A DNA stretch of 64,000 nucleotides from a phage: sequence record PX441839.1. The stretch is one strand, 5' to 3'. Positions 24,560 through 34,810 of this stretch are shown here, piece after piece. The stretch's first letter is position 1; the number at the start of each line of letters is the position of its first letter. Position numbers and translations under genes: made by a program. Below the pieces are notes generated by a model that saw nothing but the letters and a program-made list of their open reading frames with translations, did not search any database and was not told the DNA's origin.

Positions 24560-26044
24560 ATGTCAGCTACTTTCGCACCTGCGAGCCGTAAGCAGCAAAT
24601 GGTTCTCGAATCTCAGGCACAGATCATGGTCATTGGTGGCGCAGCAGGTTCAGGTAAATCATACCTGCTCCAGCTTATGCCTCTCTTGATCGTAGACGAC
24701 CCCAGAACAGCATGTATCATGTTCCGTCGAACTGTCCCGCAGATTCGAGGACAAGGTGGTCTATTTGATAAGGCGAAGGATATTTACAATCAACTTCCTC
24801 CGCAAATCAAGCCAAAATTTAAAGAGAATGAGATGACTGCCACATTCCCTAACGGAGCTACCGTTAAGTGGCAATCCATGCAGCACGTTTCCGACAAATT
24901 CAACATTCAGGGTCTTGAATTTACATTTATAGGTGTAGATGAAGGAACCCAATTCGAATGGGAACAGTTGGAATACATGATGTCTCGTTTACGTTCCAAC
25001 TCGAAATACCCTTCTCGTATGGTTATTTCTTGTAACCCCGATCCTGACCACCATCTTCGTCAGATGGTTGATTGGTATCTTGATGAAGATGGCTATCCTA
25101 TTCCAGAACGAGATGGTGTTCTACGGTATTTTGTCCGTGTAGAAGATAACTACATGTGGGGTGATTCGGTCGAAGAACTGAAAGCCAGATTTGGAAGAAG
25201 ATGTAGACCTGTATCATTTACATTTATATCTTCCACGATCAAAGACAACCCACCGATGATGATCAACAACCCTGAGTATTTGGCACAGTTGGAAGGTCTT
25301 AATGACGTTGACCGTGCTAGACTTCTTCACGGCAACTGGGATGCTCGTCCAGAAGGTGCAAACTACTTTAAGAGATCTTATCTGACAGAGGTTGATGTTC
25401 TACCTATAGGATGTACAAAGGTTAGGTCTTACGATAAGGCGGGTACTGAAAGATCTACGGGTAATAAAACACCTGACTTTACAGCAGGTATTGGTGTAGC
25501 TCGTGATCAGGATGGTTTTTACTACCTTTACGGTAACTACCATGATGAGTTTATAGATGATGGTGAGTGGTCAACGATGACTATGGGCCGATTCTGTAAA
25601 AAGGTTGGAAAAAGAGACACTATCATTAAGAAACAGGCTCATATGGATGGAGATGACACGATCATTATCTTCTCCGTTGACCCTGGACAAGCAGGTTTGT
25701 CAGAATTCATGACTTCTTCAAGAGATCTTATCTCTGAGGGATTCATTGTAGAGAAAGACCCTACACCGGGCAACAAGTCAAAATTGACTCGTTTCTCACC
25801 ATTCGCCCAGCTTGCAGAGAACGGATTTGTAAGGATCGTCAAGAAGTCTTTTCCTATTGACACTTACAATGCCCTAATGAAAGAGTTGGAGCAATTTGAC
25901 GGACAGCGTTCATCCGGTACAAAAAAGGATGACTGGGCAGATGCCGTAGCCTCTGGGATAAACTACCTAGAAAAGCACGACATTGTCAGAGCCGTTGCAA
26001 TCCCCCGTCCTAATGCACCAACCATGTATTCGAGACGAAGATAA
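24560..26044 (+). CDS. terminase large subunit
   Basis: Walker A MVIGGAAGSGKSYLL near N-terminus; 494 aa; immediately precedes portal. Confidence 0.7.
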   Translation: MSATFAPASRKQQMVLESQAQIMVIGGAAGSGKSYLLQLMPLLIVDDPRTACIMFRRTVPQIRGQGGLFDKAKDIYNQLPPQIKPKFKENEMTATFPNGATVKWQSMQHVSDKFNIQGLEFTFIGVDEGTQFEWEQLEYMMSRLRSNSKYPSRMVISCNPDPDHHLRQMVDWYLDEDGYPIPERDGVLRYFVRVEDNYMWGDSVEELKARFGRRCRPVSFTFISSTIKDNPPMMINNPEYLAQLEGLNDVDRARLLHGNWDARPEGANYFKRSYLTEVDVLPIGCTKVRSYDKAGTERSTGNKTPDFTAGIGVARDQDGFYYLYGNYHDEFIDDGEWSTMTMGRFCKKVGKRDTIIKKQAHMDGDDTIIIFSVDPGQAGLSEFMTSSRDLISEGFIVEKDPTPGNKSKLTRFSPFAQLAENGFVRIVKKSFPIDTYNALMKELEQFDGQRSSGTKKDDWADAVASGINYLEKHDIVRAVAIPRPNAPTMYSRRR

Positions 26045-26059
26045 CACTTAGGAGAGGCT

Positions 26060-27571
26060 GTGTCAAGACGCAACAAAGCAAATGTAGTTAAGGCTACAAG
26101 TGAGCAAATGGCAGTTTCACGCATGAGAATGAGTGAAATGGGTACAATTGCCATGTCAAAAATTCAGATTGACTCTGAACGAATGAAAGCCGAAGAGGTG
26201 CGTTGGCCCCAGCTTATCGGTACTGTAGAATCTATGAAACAAGATGCTACTGTGGCGACGGGTCTTGACGCCCTCTACATGTTCGTAGAAAAAGCTTTTA
26301 AGGAACACAAGGTAATTCCTGGCGAGTCCGAAGAAGCAAAAGAGGCCGCGAAGTTTATTGATTACCTCCTTAAAAACATGGACGGTCAAACACTTCGTCA
26401 GTTTGCAAGGGATGCAGCCACATTCAGCGAATATGGGTTCTCTGTTTTTGAAAAGGTGTATACCCCAGTAAAAACTGGAAAGTATGCAGGAAGATTTAAA
26501 ATCAAGAAACTCGCTTTCCGACCACAAGCTTCTCTTAACAAGAGCAACCCGTTTGTTTATGGGGAGGATGGTCAGGAAGTTATTGGGGTTAAACAATCCC
26601 TAAGTGCATTCCAAAACTATACCAAAGCAGATTTCGGTATTGCCACTGAAATTAGTCGTGCAGGTGACGTAACCATTCCAGCAAACAAGCTAATGATTAT
26701 GACCACCGGAGGTACGGCCTCAGCAGCTATGGGTGTTTCACCACTGGTAGGCTGTTATCGAGCATGGCGAGAGAAGATTCTTATTGAGAACCTTGAAGTT
26801 GTAGGGGCCACTAAGGACATGGGTGGGGTAATAGAGTTAAAGATTCCTTCCCAAATCCTCAACAAGGCAGCTATAGACCCAACATCAGCAGAAGCTGAAA
26901 TGGTTAAGGGTTTGATGGAAGACGCAGCCAATGCCCACTCTGGGGAGCAATCTTTCTTCATGTTACCATCAGACATGAAGGACAACGCCCCTCAGTATAG
27001 CATGACCCTAAAGGGGATTGATGGTGTTGGTAAGCAGTATAGCACCCAAGACCTGATCAATGCACGTAAGAAATCCATACTGGATAGATTGGGTGCAGGG
27101 TTCCTTAACGTAGGTAATGATGAACAAGGTTCTTATAACCTGTCTGAATCAAAGCAGACTATTCATACTCAATATGTTCAACGAGTAAATGACATCATCC
27201 TTGAATGTATCAATGAAAACCTTATCCCTCAGGTACTGGCACTTAACGGAATAAGACTTTCCGAAGAAGATATGCCTAAAGTCAAGGCTGGCCTAATTGT
27301 AGATATCGATATGGAAGGCTTTTCAAAAGCTATCCAACGTATTGGCGCTGTAGGTTATTTGCCTAAGACACCTGAGGTAATTAACAAGGTTCTTGAGGTT
27401 CTGGGGATCGATATGGAAATTGACCAAAACATCTCGCAGGAAGAATTGATGAGTATGTTGGGTCAAGATATTAGCAGATCTGGTGACGGAATGACTCCAG
27501 GTTCTTCTGGTAACGGGACATCAAAAGTTTCGGGAGTGAGAGACAATTCTACAGCTAACTTGGATAATTAA
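26060..27571 (+). CDS. portal protein
   Basis: 503 aa directly after terminase, before scaffold/capsid; GTG start after AGGAGAGG. Confidence 0.6.
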   Translation: MSRRNKANVVKATSEQMAVSRMRMSEMGTIAMSKIQIDSERMKAEEVRWPQLIGTVESMKQDATVATGLDALYMFVEKAFKEHKVIPGESEEAKEAAKFIDYLLKNMDGQTLRQFARDAATFSEYGFSVFEKVYTPVKTGKYAGRFKIKKLAFRPQASLNKSNPFVYGEDGQEVIGVKQSLSAFQNYTKADFGIATEISRAGDVTIPANKLMIMTTGGTASAAMGVSPLVGCYRAWREKILIENLEVVGATKDMGGVIELKIPSQILNKAAIDPTSAEAEMVKGLMEDAANAHSGEQSFFMLPSDMKDNAPQYSMTLKGIDGVGKQYSTQDLINARKKSILDRLGAGFLNVGNDEQGSYNLSESKQTIHTQYVQRVNDIILECINENLIPQVLALNGIRLSEEDMPKVKAGLIVDIDMEGFSKAIQRIGAVGYLPKTPEVINKVLEVLGIDMEIDQNISQEELMSMLGQDISRSGDGMTPGSSGNGTSKVSGVRDNSTANLDN

Positions 27572-27605
27572 TCCATAAGCTGAAATTGACTACTTGCAAA
27601 ACGAA

Positions 27606-28217
27606 ATGAAGGGTGTTAAAATAAATATCACGGAGCAATTGATGGAAACCATTTATTTTTCTGACCTGCCTAAACAGTCATCTCTGACTCTTATTCAAAA
27701 GAGTCGGGCTGTTAAGAAGGCCAACGAGCTTTTAGCAAAAGGATCTTCTAAAGAGGATGCAATTGCTGGAGCCGTTGGCTCCATCCAAATTCATAAATCT
27801 GCTGAACCAGTAGAGCAAATGATTTCTTACGATATCATTTATGAACCGGATGTAAGGGATGCCCACAATCAGTGGATGTCCAAAGAAACGCTTGTTAAAG
27901 CACAAGCTGATTTTAAAAAGGCACAGGAGATAGGGGCAGTTACCGAAAACCTGTATCACCTTTTTGACACAGATTCTTTCAAGATCGTTGATCACTGGAT
28001 TCAACCAGAGTTCGATGTCACAGTTTCCGAGACAGGCGAAGTAATTAAGGCTGGCTCTTGGGTAGCGAAGGTCCAGTATTCTCCAGAAGTATGGGAATTG
28101 AAGAAAGCCGGAATCGTAGGCGGTCTGTCGTTACAGTGCGGCGGTATGTTGAACGAAGAAACTGGTGAACTTTACGACCTTGATTTCAGCATTTCACTGG
28201 AGGATGAAGAGGAATGA
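27606..28217 (+). CDS. head morphogenesis protein (possible prohead protease)
   Basis: position between portal and scaffold; acidic C-terminus; no protease motif verified. Confidence 0.4.
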   Translation: MKGVKINITEQLMETIYFSDLPKQSSLTLIQKSRAVKKANELLAKGSSKEDAIAGAVGSIQIHKSAEPVEQMISYDIIYEPDVRDAHNQWMSKETLVKAQADFKKAQEIGAVTENLYHLFDTDSFKIVDHWIQPEFDVTVSETGEVIKAGSWVAKVQYSPEVWELKKAGIVGGLSLQCGGMLNEETGELYDLDFSISLEDEEE

Positions 28218-29281
28218 TCGAAGTCCAAAAAGGCCGCACAGTAAAGAGTCGCGGTATTGCACTTACTCATAAAGATCAGGGCTACAGCGCCAACCAGCGA
28301 CCAGTTAGCCTCCTGATGAAGTCAGATATTGATCCTGAAAATCTGACAGTGGATATTATTAAGAACCTAGAGCAGGTTCAGTTGAAGATCAGTATGCAGG
28401 AATTTCTGCGTAAATTCTTCGATATGTGGTCAAGTGACGCAGAGATGCTCACTAAGCTGCTAGGATTCCAGACAGAACTGGAATATGAGGCGGAAACCAA
28501 CCCCACCGACGAGTGGTTGCAGCAATGGAACGAGGAACGTCAGGAGTACCTCGAAAGCAAGCTTACCTCCATGACCATTATCAAGAAAGCTCGGGATGGT
28601 GAAGAATTAACTCTCCAAGAGCAATTTGAACTGATCAAAACTCGCAAAGCATTTGAAGATGGTTGTATTGAGCACGGTATTCAACTGAGTGAAGAAAAAC
28701 CATCCGTACAGAAAGCCGTAGAGAAATCTTCTGAGAAGCCAGCAACTACAGTAGCTACTCCTCCAGTAGAAGTTTCTACACCTGCCGAAAGCTCCGTTGG
28801 AGCACAACCCACACCAAGCGAGGAACCTCCCGTGGAGAAAGAAGTAGACGTAACCAAGTCTGCTGCGTTTATTGAAATGCAGAAGCAACTTGAAGCAATG
28901 AAAGCCGATGTAGCTGCCGCACAAGAGATCATTAAAGCTAAGAAAGCTGCTGATCGTCAGGTTGCTGTAACAAAAGCTGCTGGAATGACCTTCGTTGCTG
29001 ATGAACAACGTGAAGCTGTTGCTGACGTTATCTTGAATCCTGAAATGGCTACCCTGGTTGCTGTTCTGGAAAAAGCTGCCGAAGTAATTAAAGCTAAAGA
29101 TGAAGCTCTGGCTGCTAAAGATGCCGAAGTTGAAGAAATTAAAAAGTCTTTCGCTGATGGCAAAGAAGTTGGTGCTCAGGGCGACCTGACCCCAGAAGCA
29201 AAAGGTGAAGAAGATGCTCAGGCCGCTCTGGACCGCATCATCAAAGCTCGCGCTGCTGCACTCGCAAACCCTACTGCCTAA
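28214..29281 (+). CDS. scaffolding protein
   Basis: Ala/Lys/Glu-rich predicted coiled coil immediately upstream of decoration and capsid genes. Confidence 0.5.
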   Translation: MIEVQKGRTVKSRGIALTHKDQGYSANQRPVSLLMKSDIDPENLTVDIIKNLEQVQLKISMQEFLRKFFDMWSSDAEMLTKLLGFQTELEYEAETNPTDEWLQQWNEERQEYLESKLTSMTIIKKARDGEELTLQEQFELIKTRKAFEDGCIEHGIQLSEEKPSVQKAVEKSSEKPATTVATPPVEVSTPAESSVGAQPTPSEEPPVEKEVDVTKSAAFIEMQKQLEAMKADVAAAQEIIKAKKAADRQVAVTKAAGMTFVADEQREAVADVILNPEMATLVAVLEKAAEVIKAKDEALAAKDAEVEEIKKSFADGKEVGAQGDLTPEAKGEEDAQAALDRIIKARAAALANPTA

Positions 29282-29297
29282 TTGAGGACTAAACAAA

Positions 29298-29732
29298 ATG
29301 GCTAAAGCATACGTTGCCACCCTTGAGGGTGATTACTCTGATATCGTTCTGGGCCGTGTTGTTGCCTTTGGTGACACTGGTTGGAACTTCAAAGAAGTTG
29401 AGATGGCTTGGAGCGACACCCTGGTAGCAGGTCTGGTTGTTAAAGCTGATGGTACACCTCTGGCTACTGCCGCTGACGCTGCTGACGCTTACGGCGTTCT
29501 GGTTGACCGTAAAGTTCTGCCTGGTGTTGAGCAGTTCAGCAACGGCGCACTGGCTGATGGTGAGAAAGTTCCTATGGTACTGGCTGTACGTGGCCTGACC
29601 CTGAACTTCCACAAGCTGGTAACAGCAGATGGTGTTGCTATTAATGATGCAGTTGCAGCGCAACTGGAAAAGAATGGCAACCAAGTAACCAAATATGTAG
29701 TCGGCACTGACTTCCTGCCGTCAATTCTGTAA
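29298..29732 (+). CDS. head decoration protein (gpD-like position)
   Basis: 144 aa Gly/Ala/Val-rich protein immediately upstream of major capsid gene. Confidence 0.45.
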   Translation: MAKAYVATLEGDYSDIVLGRVVAFGDTGWNFKEVEMAWSDTLVAGLVVKADGTPLATAADAADAYGVLVDRKVLPGVEQFSNGALADGEKVPMVLAVRGLTLNFHKLVTADGVAINDAVAAQLEKNGNQVTKYVVGTDFLPSIL

Positions 29733-29755
29733 TTTTTAGTAGGAGATATTTTAAC

Positions 29756-30748
29756 ATGCGTAACGGCGATTTTCAGATCCTTGACTACTCTGGCCTGATC
29801 ACCACGATTCCTCGTCAGGACCGTCTGATCACTAACATGAACCTGTTTACCGAGAAATTCGGTCGTACCACCATTGCTCAGATTGAGCGTGTTGATGATG
29901 GTGCAGGTCGCATCGAAGCCCGTCAGCGTGGCGGTCAGCGTAACCACCTGGCAAGCGAACGTGCTAAACTGATCAACCTGAACATTCCATTCTTCCCTCT
30001 GGACCGTTCAATTGATCGTGCAGATATCCAGAACTTCCGTGAGTACGGTAGCGAAAATGCACCGAAATCTGTACAGGAAGAAGTTAACCGTCACATGCTG
30101 CGTATCCGCAGATCTCACGCCAACCTGAAAGAGAAGGCGATGTTTGAAGCGGTCAAGGGTCAGTCCTGGGCACCGGGTGATGCAACATCTCAGTATGACT
30201 ACTACGATGTTTGGGGTGTTACCCAGCAGCGAGCAGATATTGACTTTACCGCACTGGCAATCGACCCGATTGAAGTTCTGGAAGCAGAAGCTCGTGCCCA
30301 CATCATCGATTGGGCTGGAGATGACGGTGATAACTACGAGATCGTTGTTCTGGCTTCTCGTCAGTGGTTCTCTGCTCTGACCTCTCACCCGCAGGTAACT
30401 GGTGCATACTCTCAGTATCCATCAACTCAGGAAATGCTGCGTCGTCGTCTGGGTGGTAACTCAAACAACCGTATCTTTGAACACAAAAACATCCTGTTCA
30501 TCGAAGACATTTCTGGTAACATTCCAGCAGGTGAAGCATATATCTTCCCTCGTGGTATTACCCGTATGTTCGAACTGTACTACGCTCCGTCAGATACTCT
30601 GGCAGGTGCTAACCAGGTAGCTCAGGAAATCTACGTGTGGTTCAAAGAATCTGCTTACCTGCGTGAAGCTAAGATTGAATCTGAAACTTCCTTCCTGGCA
30701 GTTAACAACCGTCCAGAACTGGTAGTTAAGTCAGTCGGAACTTTCTAA
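29756..30748 (+). CDS. major capsid protein
   Basis: 330 aa, follows decoration protein, strong terminator downstream; lambda E-like head gene order. Confidence 0.6.
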   Translation: MRNGDFQILDYSGLITTIPRQDRLITNMNLFTEKFGRTTIAQIERVDDGAGRIEARQRGGQRNHLASERAKLINLNIPFFPLDRSIDRADIQNFREYGSENAPKSVQEEVNRHMLRIRRSHANLKEKAMFEAVKGQSWAPGDATSQYDYYDVWGVTQQRADIDFTALAIDPIEVLEAEARAHIIDWAGDDGDNYEIVVLASRQWFSALTSHPQVTGAYSQYPSTQEMLRRRLGGNSNNRIFEHKNILFIEDISGNIPAGEAYIFPRGITRMFELYYAPSDTLAGANQVAQEIYVWFKESAYLREAKIESETSFLAVNNRPELVVKSVGTF

Positions 30749-30754
30749 TAAACA

Positions 30755-30779
30755 GGCCACCTTCGGGTGGCCTTTTTTA
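30755..30779 (+). terminator. rho-independent terminator
   Basis: GGCCACC-TTCG-GGTGGCC then TTTTTT. Confidence 0.7.
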
Positions 30780-30868
30780 TGCCTTAAATACAATACTGTA
30801 CAATCAAAGCGAAATAGTGTACCATTATAAGATAACCTTTCTAAAAACCCCCGAAGGAGTATTCTATA

Positions 30869-31441
30869 ATGGCTAAACCACACTTGGAAGTATTTGCAAG
30901 TGAATTCCACATGCTACAGTTCTTCGGCAAGTACCTGCCAAAGCTAGATGTTCATACCTCTGGCAGACTGGCACCGTTCTTGTACGTATATGACAACAAA
31001 CAGGTCCTTGCTCGAAACTTCTTTGAATTTTTAACTCATATGGAAGAATTAACTGCTCTGAATATTGACACACGAGCATCAGTACAGAAAAATAGAGCAT
31101 TTATGGTTTTCTTCAATGAACAGTTAAAAGACCCTGCTAAATTTGTAGCTAACGTTTCTGCAAAAGTTCGTGCAGCAGAGGTAACTGGTGAAGAAGTTCA
31201 GAAACATGAACCTATCGTTTCCTCTGAGGTTGTTGAAACTGTAACTGAAACCAAGGAAGAAGTCAAGGAGTCGTCTAAAGATAAAGAGGAAATCTTAGCC
31301 AAGGCTGAATCTTTACGTGATGACTCCAAGAAGGCCGCTGCCAAGGCTGCACTGGAAGCGTTTGCAATGGAGCACGGCGTGTCTCTGAGCAAGGCTAAGA
31401 CTTTCGACGCAATGTTGGAAGATCTGAAAGCTGCACTGTAA
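30869..31441 (+). CDS. hypothetical structural protein (190 aa)
   Basis: ORF track; acidic Lys/Glu-rich C-terminus. Confidence 0.45.
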   Translation: MAKPHLEVFASEFHMLQFFGKYLPKLDVHTSGRLAPFLYVYDNKQVLARNFFEFLTHMEELTALNIDTRASVQKNRAFMVFFNEQLKDPAKFVANVSAKVRAAEVTGEEVQKHEPIVSSEVVETVTETKEEVKESSKDKEEILAKAESLRDDSKKAAAKAALEAFAMEHGVSLSKAKTFDAMLEDLKAAL

Positions 31442-31447
31442 TCCATT

Positions 31448-31471
31448 AGCCCCGAAAGGGGCTTATTATTT
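31448..31471 (+). terminator. rho-independent terminator
   Basis: AGCCCC-GAAA-GGGGCT then T-rich tail. Confidence 0.55.
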
Positions 31472-31481
31472 GGAGATCTAA

Positions 31482-34400
31482 ATGGAATATCAAGATAAGG
31501 TCGTTGAGGTTCTGGTAACGGCTCCTGTAGCTGACGCAGGTCAGACTGCTGGTTCCGGTGGCGGAAACTTCACTGGCATTGAAACCCTCAACACGCCTTC
31601 CACATCCCTTGTTGGTAAAGGCACCCCTTCTTCACCCCTTCAATCAAACGTCAATATCTCTCGTCGTACAGGTAACAGATTAACTGTAGTTAACGATCAG
31701 AATGAGACGGGTCTTTTCGTAGGCTCTGCTGAAACAAAGATTTCAAGCAAAGCTGGAAATACGATCAAGGAAATCACCCGTACAGAAGCAGAAAACGCAG
31801 GGGACCCTTCCTTAGAGGGAATTTACTCTGCCCCGGTTAGTGAGTCTGTATCTTCCCCTAACAAGACTGTCAAGATTGCACAAGTTGCATCTGACAATTC
31901 AAAGTCTACCATTGAAGTTGCTGTTTCTGCAGCAGATAACAATGCCCTCGTTGTTGGTGAAGACGGTCTGAGTGTACCAGTGTCTAAGTCTCTTGACAAC
32001 ACACTGGAAATTCGGCAAGGTGCTCTGTATGTGCGCCCACAAGAGACCCAGATCTCTCAAGATCCTGCAAACAAGATTGAACTGAAACCTGACGGTATCT
32101 TTGTAGAAACCGTAAAAGGTGATAAGGGAGATACAGGTGAGCAAGGACCAGCAGGTCCAGAAGGTCCTCAGGGTCCAGCAGGTAAAGACGGCGCACCTGG
32201 TGTAGAAGGTCCTCGTGGACCAGAAGGTGAAAGAGGTCCGGCTGGAATCGGCATCAATGTTATTGCTCAGTTGGCAACTGTTGATCAGCTTCCTCCTGTA
32301 GAGAACTACGAAGATGGTGACACCTTCGTTATTGATGGTCACTTCTGGACTAAAACTACAGTAGGTGATACATCCCAGTGGACTGATGTCGGATCTTTCA
32401 TTGGACCAGAAGGTCTGGATGCCTATGAGGTTGCTGTACAAGATGGTTTCGAAGGTACAGTTGATGAATGGTTGGCAAGCCTTCGTGGTGCTGACGGTAT
32501 CGGTCTGCAACTCTTAGGTTCATTCAGAAGCGTTGATGACCTCCCAATGGAAGATAACAAGGCAGGTGATGCCTATATCGTCCAAGAGCAGATGTGGGTT
32601 TGGGACACTGTTCAGTGGGCACCTGTTGGACAGGTTGGCCCAGAAGGTAAGTCAGCGTATCAAGTTTGGTTGGCTAATGGTAACACTGGTTCGCAGAATG
32701 ACTTCTTGGCATCCTTAAAAGGAGAGAAAGGAGACAAGGGCGATAAAGGTGATAAAGGAGACAAGGGTGAAGACGGTAAGAACGCCAACGCCGTAAACAT
32801 TCTTGGATCTGTTGAAACCGAGGCTGACCTTCCTGACGGTGCTGATGCCGGGGACGCATACCTGATCGGAGAGAACGTATGGGTATCCGATGGCGCAGGT
32901 AAATGGACAGACCTTGGCTCTTTCCGTGGTCCAGAAGGTCCTCGTGGAGTACCTGGTGAAAAGGGTGACAAGGGCGATACTGGTGCTCAAGGTGGTACAG
33001 GTAAGAGCAACTATGACCTCGCTGTAGAGGAAGGATTCACTGGAACTGTTGCCGAATATTTGGAATCCATCAAGGGTGAAAAAGGAGACCAAGGTCCACA
33101 AGGTCCTCGTGGACTGACCGGACCTAAAGGCGACAAAGGTGACACTGGAACAGGACTTACAGTTAAAGGATCTGTTGCATCTGTAGAAGACCTACCTGCT
33201 GCTGGAAATGCAGAAGGTGATGCCTATTTCGTTGGTACTCATATGTATGTTTTCCTGTCTGGTGCATGGGAAGATGTCGGTGAGTTGAAAGGTGAAAAAG
33301 GCGATAAGGGTGACACAGGACCTAAGGGAGATACAGGCCCACAGGGTCCAGCGGGTGAGCGTGGTCCTCAGGGTGTTCAAGGTCTTAAAGGCGACACTGG
33401 CCCAGTGGGTCCTCAAGGACCAGCAGGTAGGGACGGTGTAGACGGTACAAACGGAACCGATGGTAAAGACGGAACAGGTCTGATGCCAAAAGGCACCGTT
33501 GCAACTCAGGCGGATCTCCCTGCAACTGGTAATTCTATCGGTGATTTTTATACGGTAGAAGAGGAAGGAAGGGGTTACGCTTGGAACGGAACAGAGTGGA
33601 TCTACTCCGGTGTGGCTCAGGGTCCTCAAGGACCAGCGGGTGAAAACGGTGCTGATGGTGCTACAGGTCCTCAAGGCCCACAGGGTCCTAAGGGTGACAA
33701 AGGAGACATGGGGCAAGGTATTCTGCCGAAGGGAACTGTCCCGACTCAGGCTGACCTTCCTACCGAAAACAATGAAATTGGTGACTTCTATGTTGCTGAT
33801 GACACTGGAATCGGTTACGCTTGGAATGGCACAACCTTCATTAACTCTGGGATTTCTCGTGGTAAAGACGGGGAACAAGGTCCACAGGGTGAACAGGGTA
33901 TTCAAGGTGAGCAGGGTCCTGCTGGTCCTAAGGGAGATACGGGGGATACTGGTCCTCAAGGCCCACAGGGGGATATTGGCCCAGGTGTAGAAATCATCGG
34001 TAAGCTGAATGATCCTTCTGAACTTCCGGCAACCGGAGAACTTGGTCAAGGATACCTGATCGAGGGTGACTTCTGGGGTTGGACAGGTCAAGCTTACGAG
34101 AACTTGGGACAGATTCGCGGACCTGCGGGTCCGGTTGGTCCACAAGGGAACCCAGGTCCTGTAGGTGAGCAGGGTGTTCGTGGTGAGAAGGGTGATCAAG
34201 GCTCCTTATGGATCGTCTTTGGTAGAGAACCTACTCCTGCTGATGGTCGCGTAGGTGACTACTTCATGAACTCTTCCACTCTGGAGTTCTTCCGTAAGAC
34301 TTCTGCAACCAACTGGGCATCTCTTGGTTACATGGGTGGCGGTAACGTCTACGATGCACCTAAAGATGGGAAGCAGTACACCCGTTTAGATGGTGATTGG

Positions 34401-34769
34401 GAAGTTCTTTCTGTTACTGAGGCACCTGAGGACGGTGGGTACTACATCCGTACCAATGGTCAATGGCAAAAATTAGATCGTTACGACCTCCGTGTTGTTG
34501 AAACTACAGGTGCTATGGACGTATCTGTGAGTAACTGCTTCAAGGTTGACGGGACGGCTAATAAAACCATGTCTCTCACAGGACTCCCTCCTGACAGGGC
34601 GATGACTATTGTTATTCGCTTCTTGGGTAAAGGGGCGCAGTTGACTTGGCCTTCAAACCTTGCTTGGTCAAATGGTACACCTCCTGCTCTTGGCACAACC
34701 CGTACAGTGGTAACTCTGTTCTGGGACGGTGAATTCCTGACTGGGACTCAGGCGATGACTGTTGACTAA
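31482..34769 (+). CDS. collagen-like repeat fibre protein (1095 aa)
   Basis: multiple Gly-X-Y runs (e.g. [43 protein letters not shown]) alternating with a repeated module of the form LP..N..GD.Y.V....W.W.G..W..G. Confidence 0.7.
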   Translation: MEYQDKVVEVLVTAPVADAGQTAGSGGGNFTGIETLNTPSTSLVGKGTPSSPLQSNVNISRRTGNRLTVVNDQNETGLFVGSAETKISSKAGNTIKEITRTEAENAGDPSLEGIYSAPVSESVSSPNKTVKIAQVASDNSKSTIEVAVSAADNNALVVGEDGLSVPVSKSLDNTLEIRQGALYVRPQETQISQDPANKIELKPDGIFVETVKGDKGDTGEQGPAGPEGPQGPAGKDGAPGVEGPRGPEGERGPAGIGINVIAQLATVDQLPPVENYEDGDTFVIDGHFWTKTTVGDTSQWTDVGSFIGPEGLDAYEVAVQDGFEGTVDEWLASLRGADGIGLQLLGSFRSVDDLPMEDNKAGDAYIVQEQMWVWDTVQWAPVGQVGPEGKSAYQVWLANGNTGSQNDFLASLKGEKGDKGDKGDKGDKGEDGKNANAVNILGSVETEADLPDGADAGDAYLIGENVWVSDGAGKWTDLGSFRGPEGPRGVPGEKGDKGDTGAQGGTGKSNYDLAVEEGFTGTVAEYLESIKGEKGDQGPQGPRGLTGPKGDKGDTGTGLTVKGSVASVEDLPAAGNAEGDAYFVGTHMYVFLSGAWEDVGELKGEKGDKGDTGPKGDTGPQGPAGERGPQGVQGLKGDTGPVGPQGPAGRDGVDGTNGTDGKDGTGLMPKGTVATQADLPATGNSIGDFYTVEEEGRGYAWNGTEWIYSGVAQGPQGPAGENGADGATGPQGPQGPKGDKGDMGQGILPKGTVPTQADLPTENNEIGDFYVADDTGIGYAWNGTTFINSGISRGKDGEQGPQGEQGIQGEQGPAGPKGDTGDTGPQGPQGDIGPGVEIIGKLNDPSELPATGELGQGYLIEGDFWGWTGQAYENLGQIRGPAGPVGPQGNPGPVGEQGVRGEKGDQGSLWIVFGREPTPADGRVGDYFMNSSTLEFFRKTSATNWASLGYMGGGNVYDAPKDGKQYTRLDGDWEVLSVTEAPEDGGYYIRTNGQWQKLDRYDLRVVETTGAMDVSVSNCFKVDGTANKTMSLTGLPPDRAMTIVIRFLGKGAQLTWPSNLAWSNGTPPALGTTRTVVTLFWDGEFLTGTQAMTVD

Positions 34770-34775
34770 TAAGCT

Positions 34776-34797
34776 GGGGGCTTCGGCCCCCTTTTTA
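34776..34797 (+). terminator. rho-independent terminator
   Basis: GGGGGC-TTCG-GCCCCC then TTTTT. Confidence 0.7.
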
Positions 34798-34810
34798 AAA
34801 GGAGATTTAA

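Noticed and set aside
28607-29320. 237-aa minus-strand ORF opposite the scaffold gene
   Set aside because: Antisense to a strongly coiled-coil scaffold frame inside a plus-strand head operon; Cys/Phe/Ser-rich junk-like composition.
33192-34199. 335-aa minus-strand ORF, and 32660..33101 minus ORFs, inside the collagen-like fibre gene
   Set aside because: Antisense reading of Gly-X-Y codon repeats; the plus-strand collagen frame is much longer and consistent with the operon.
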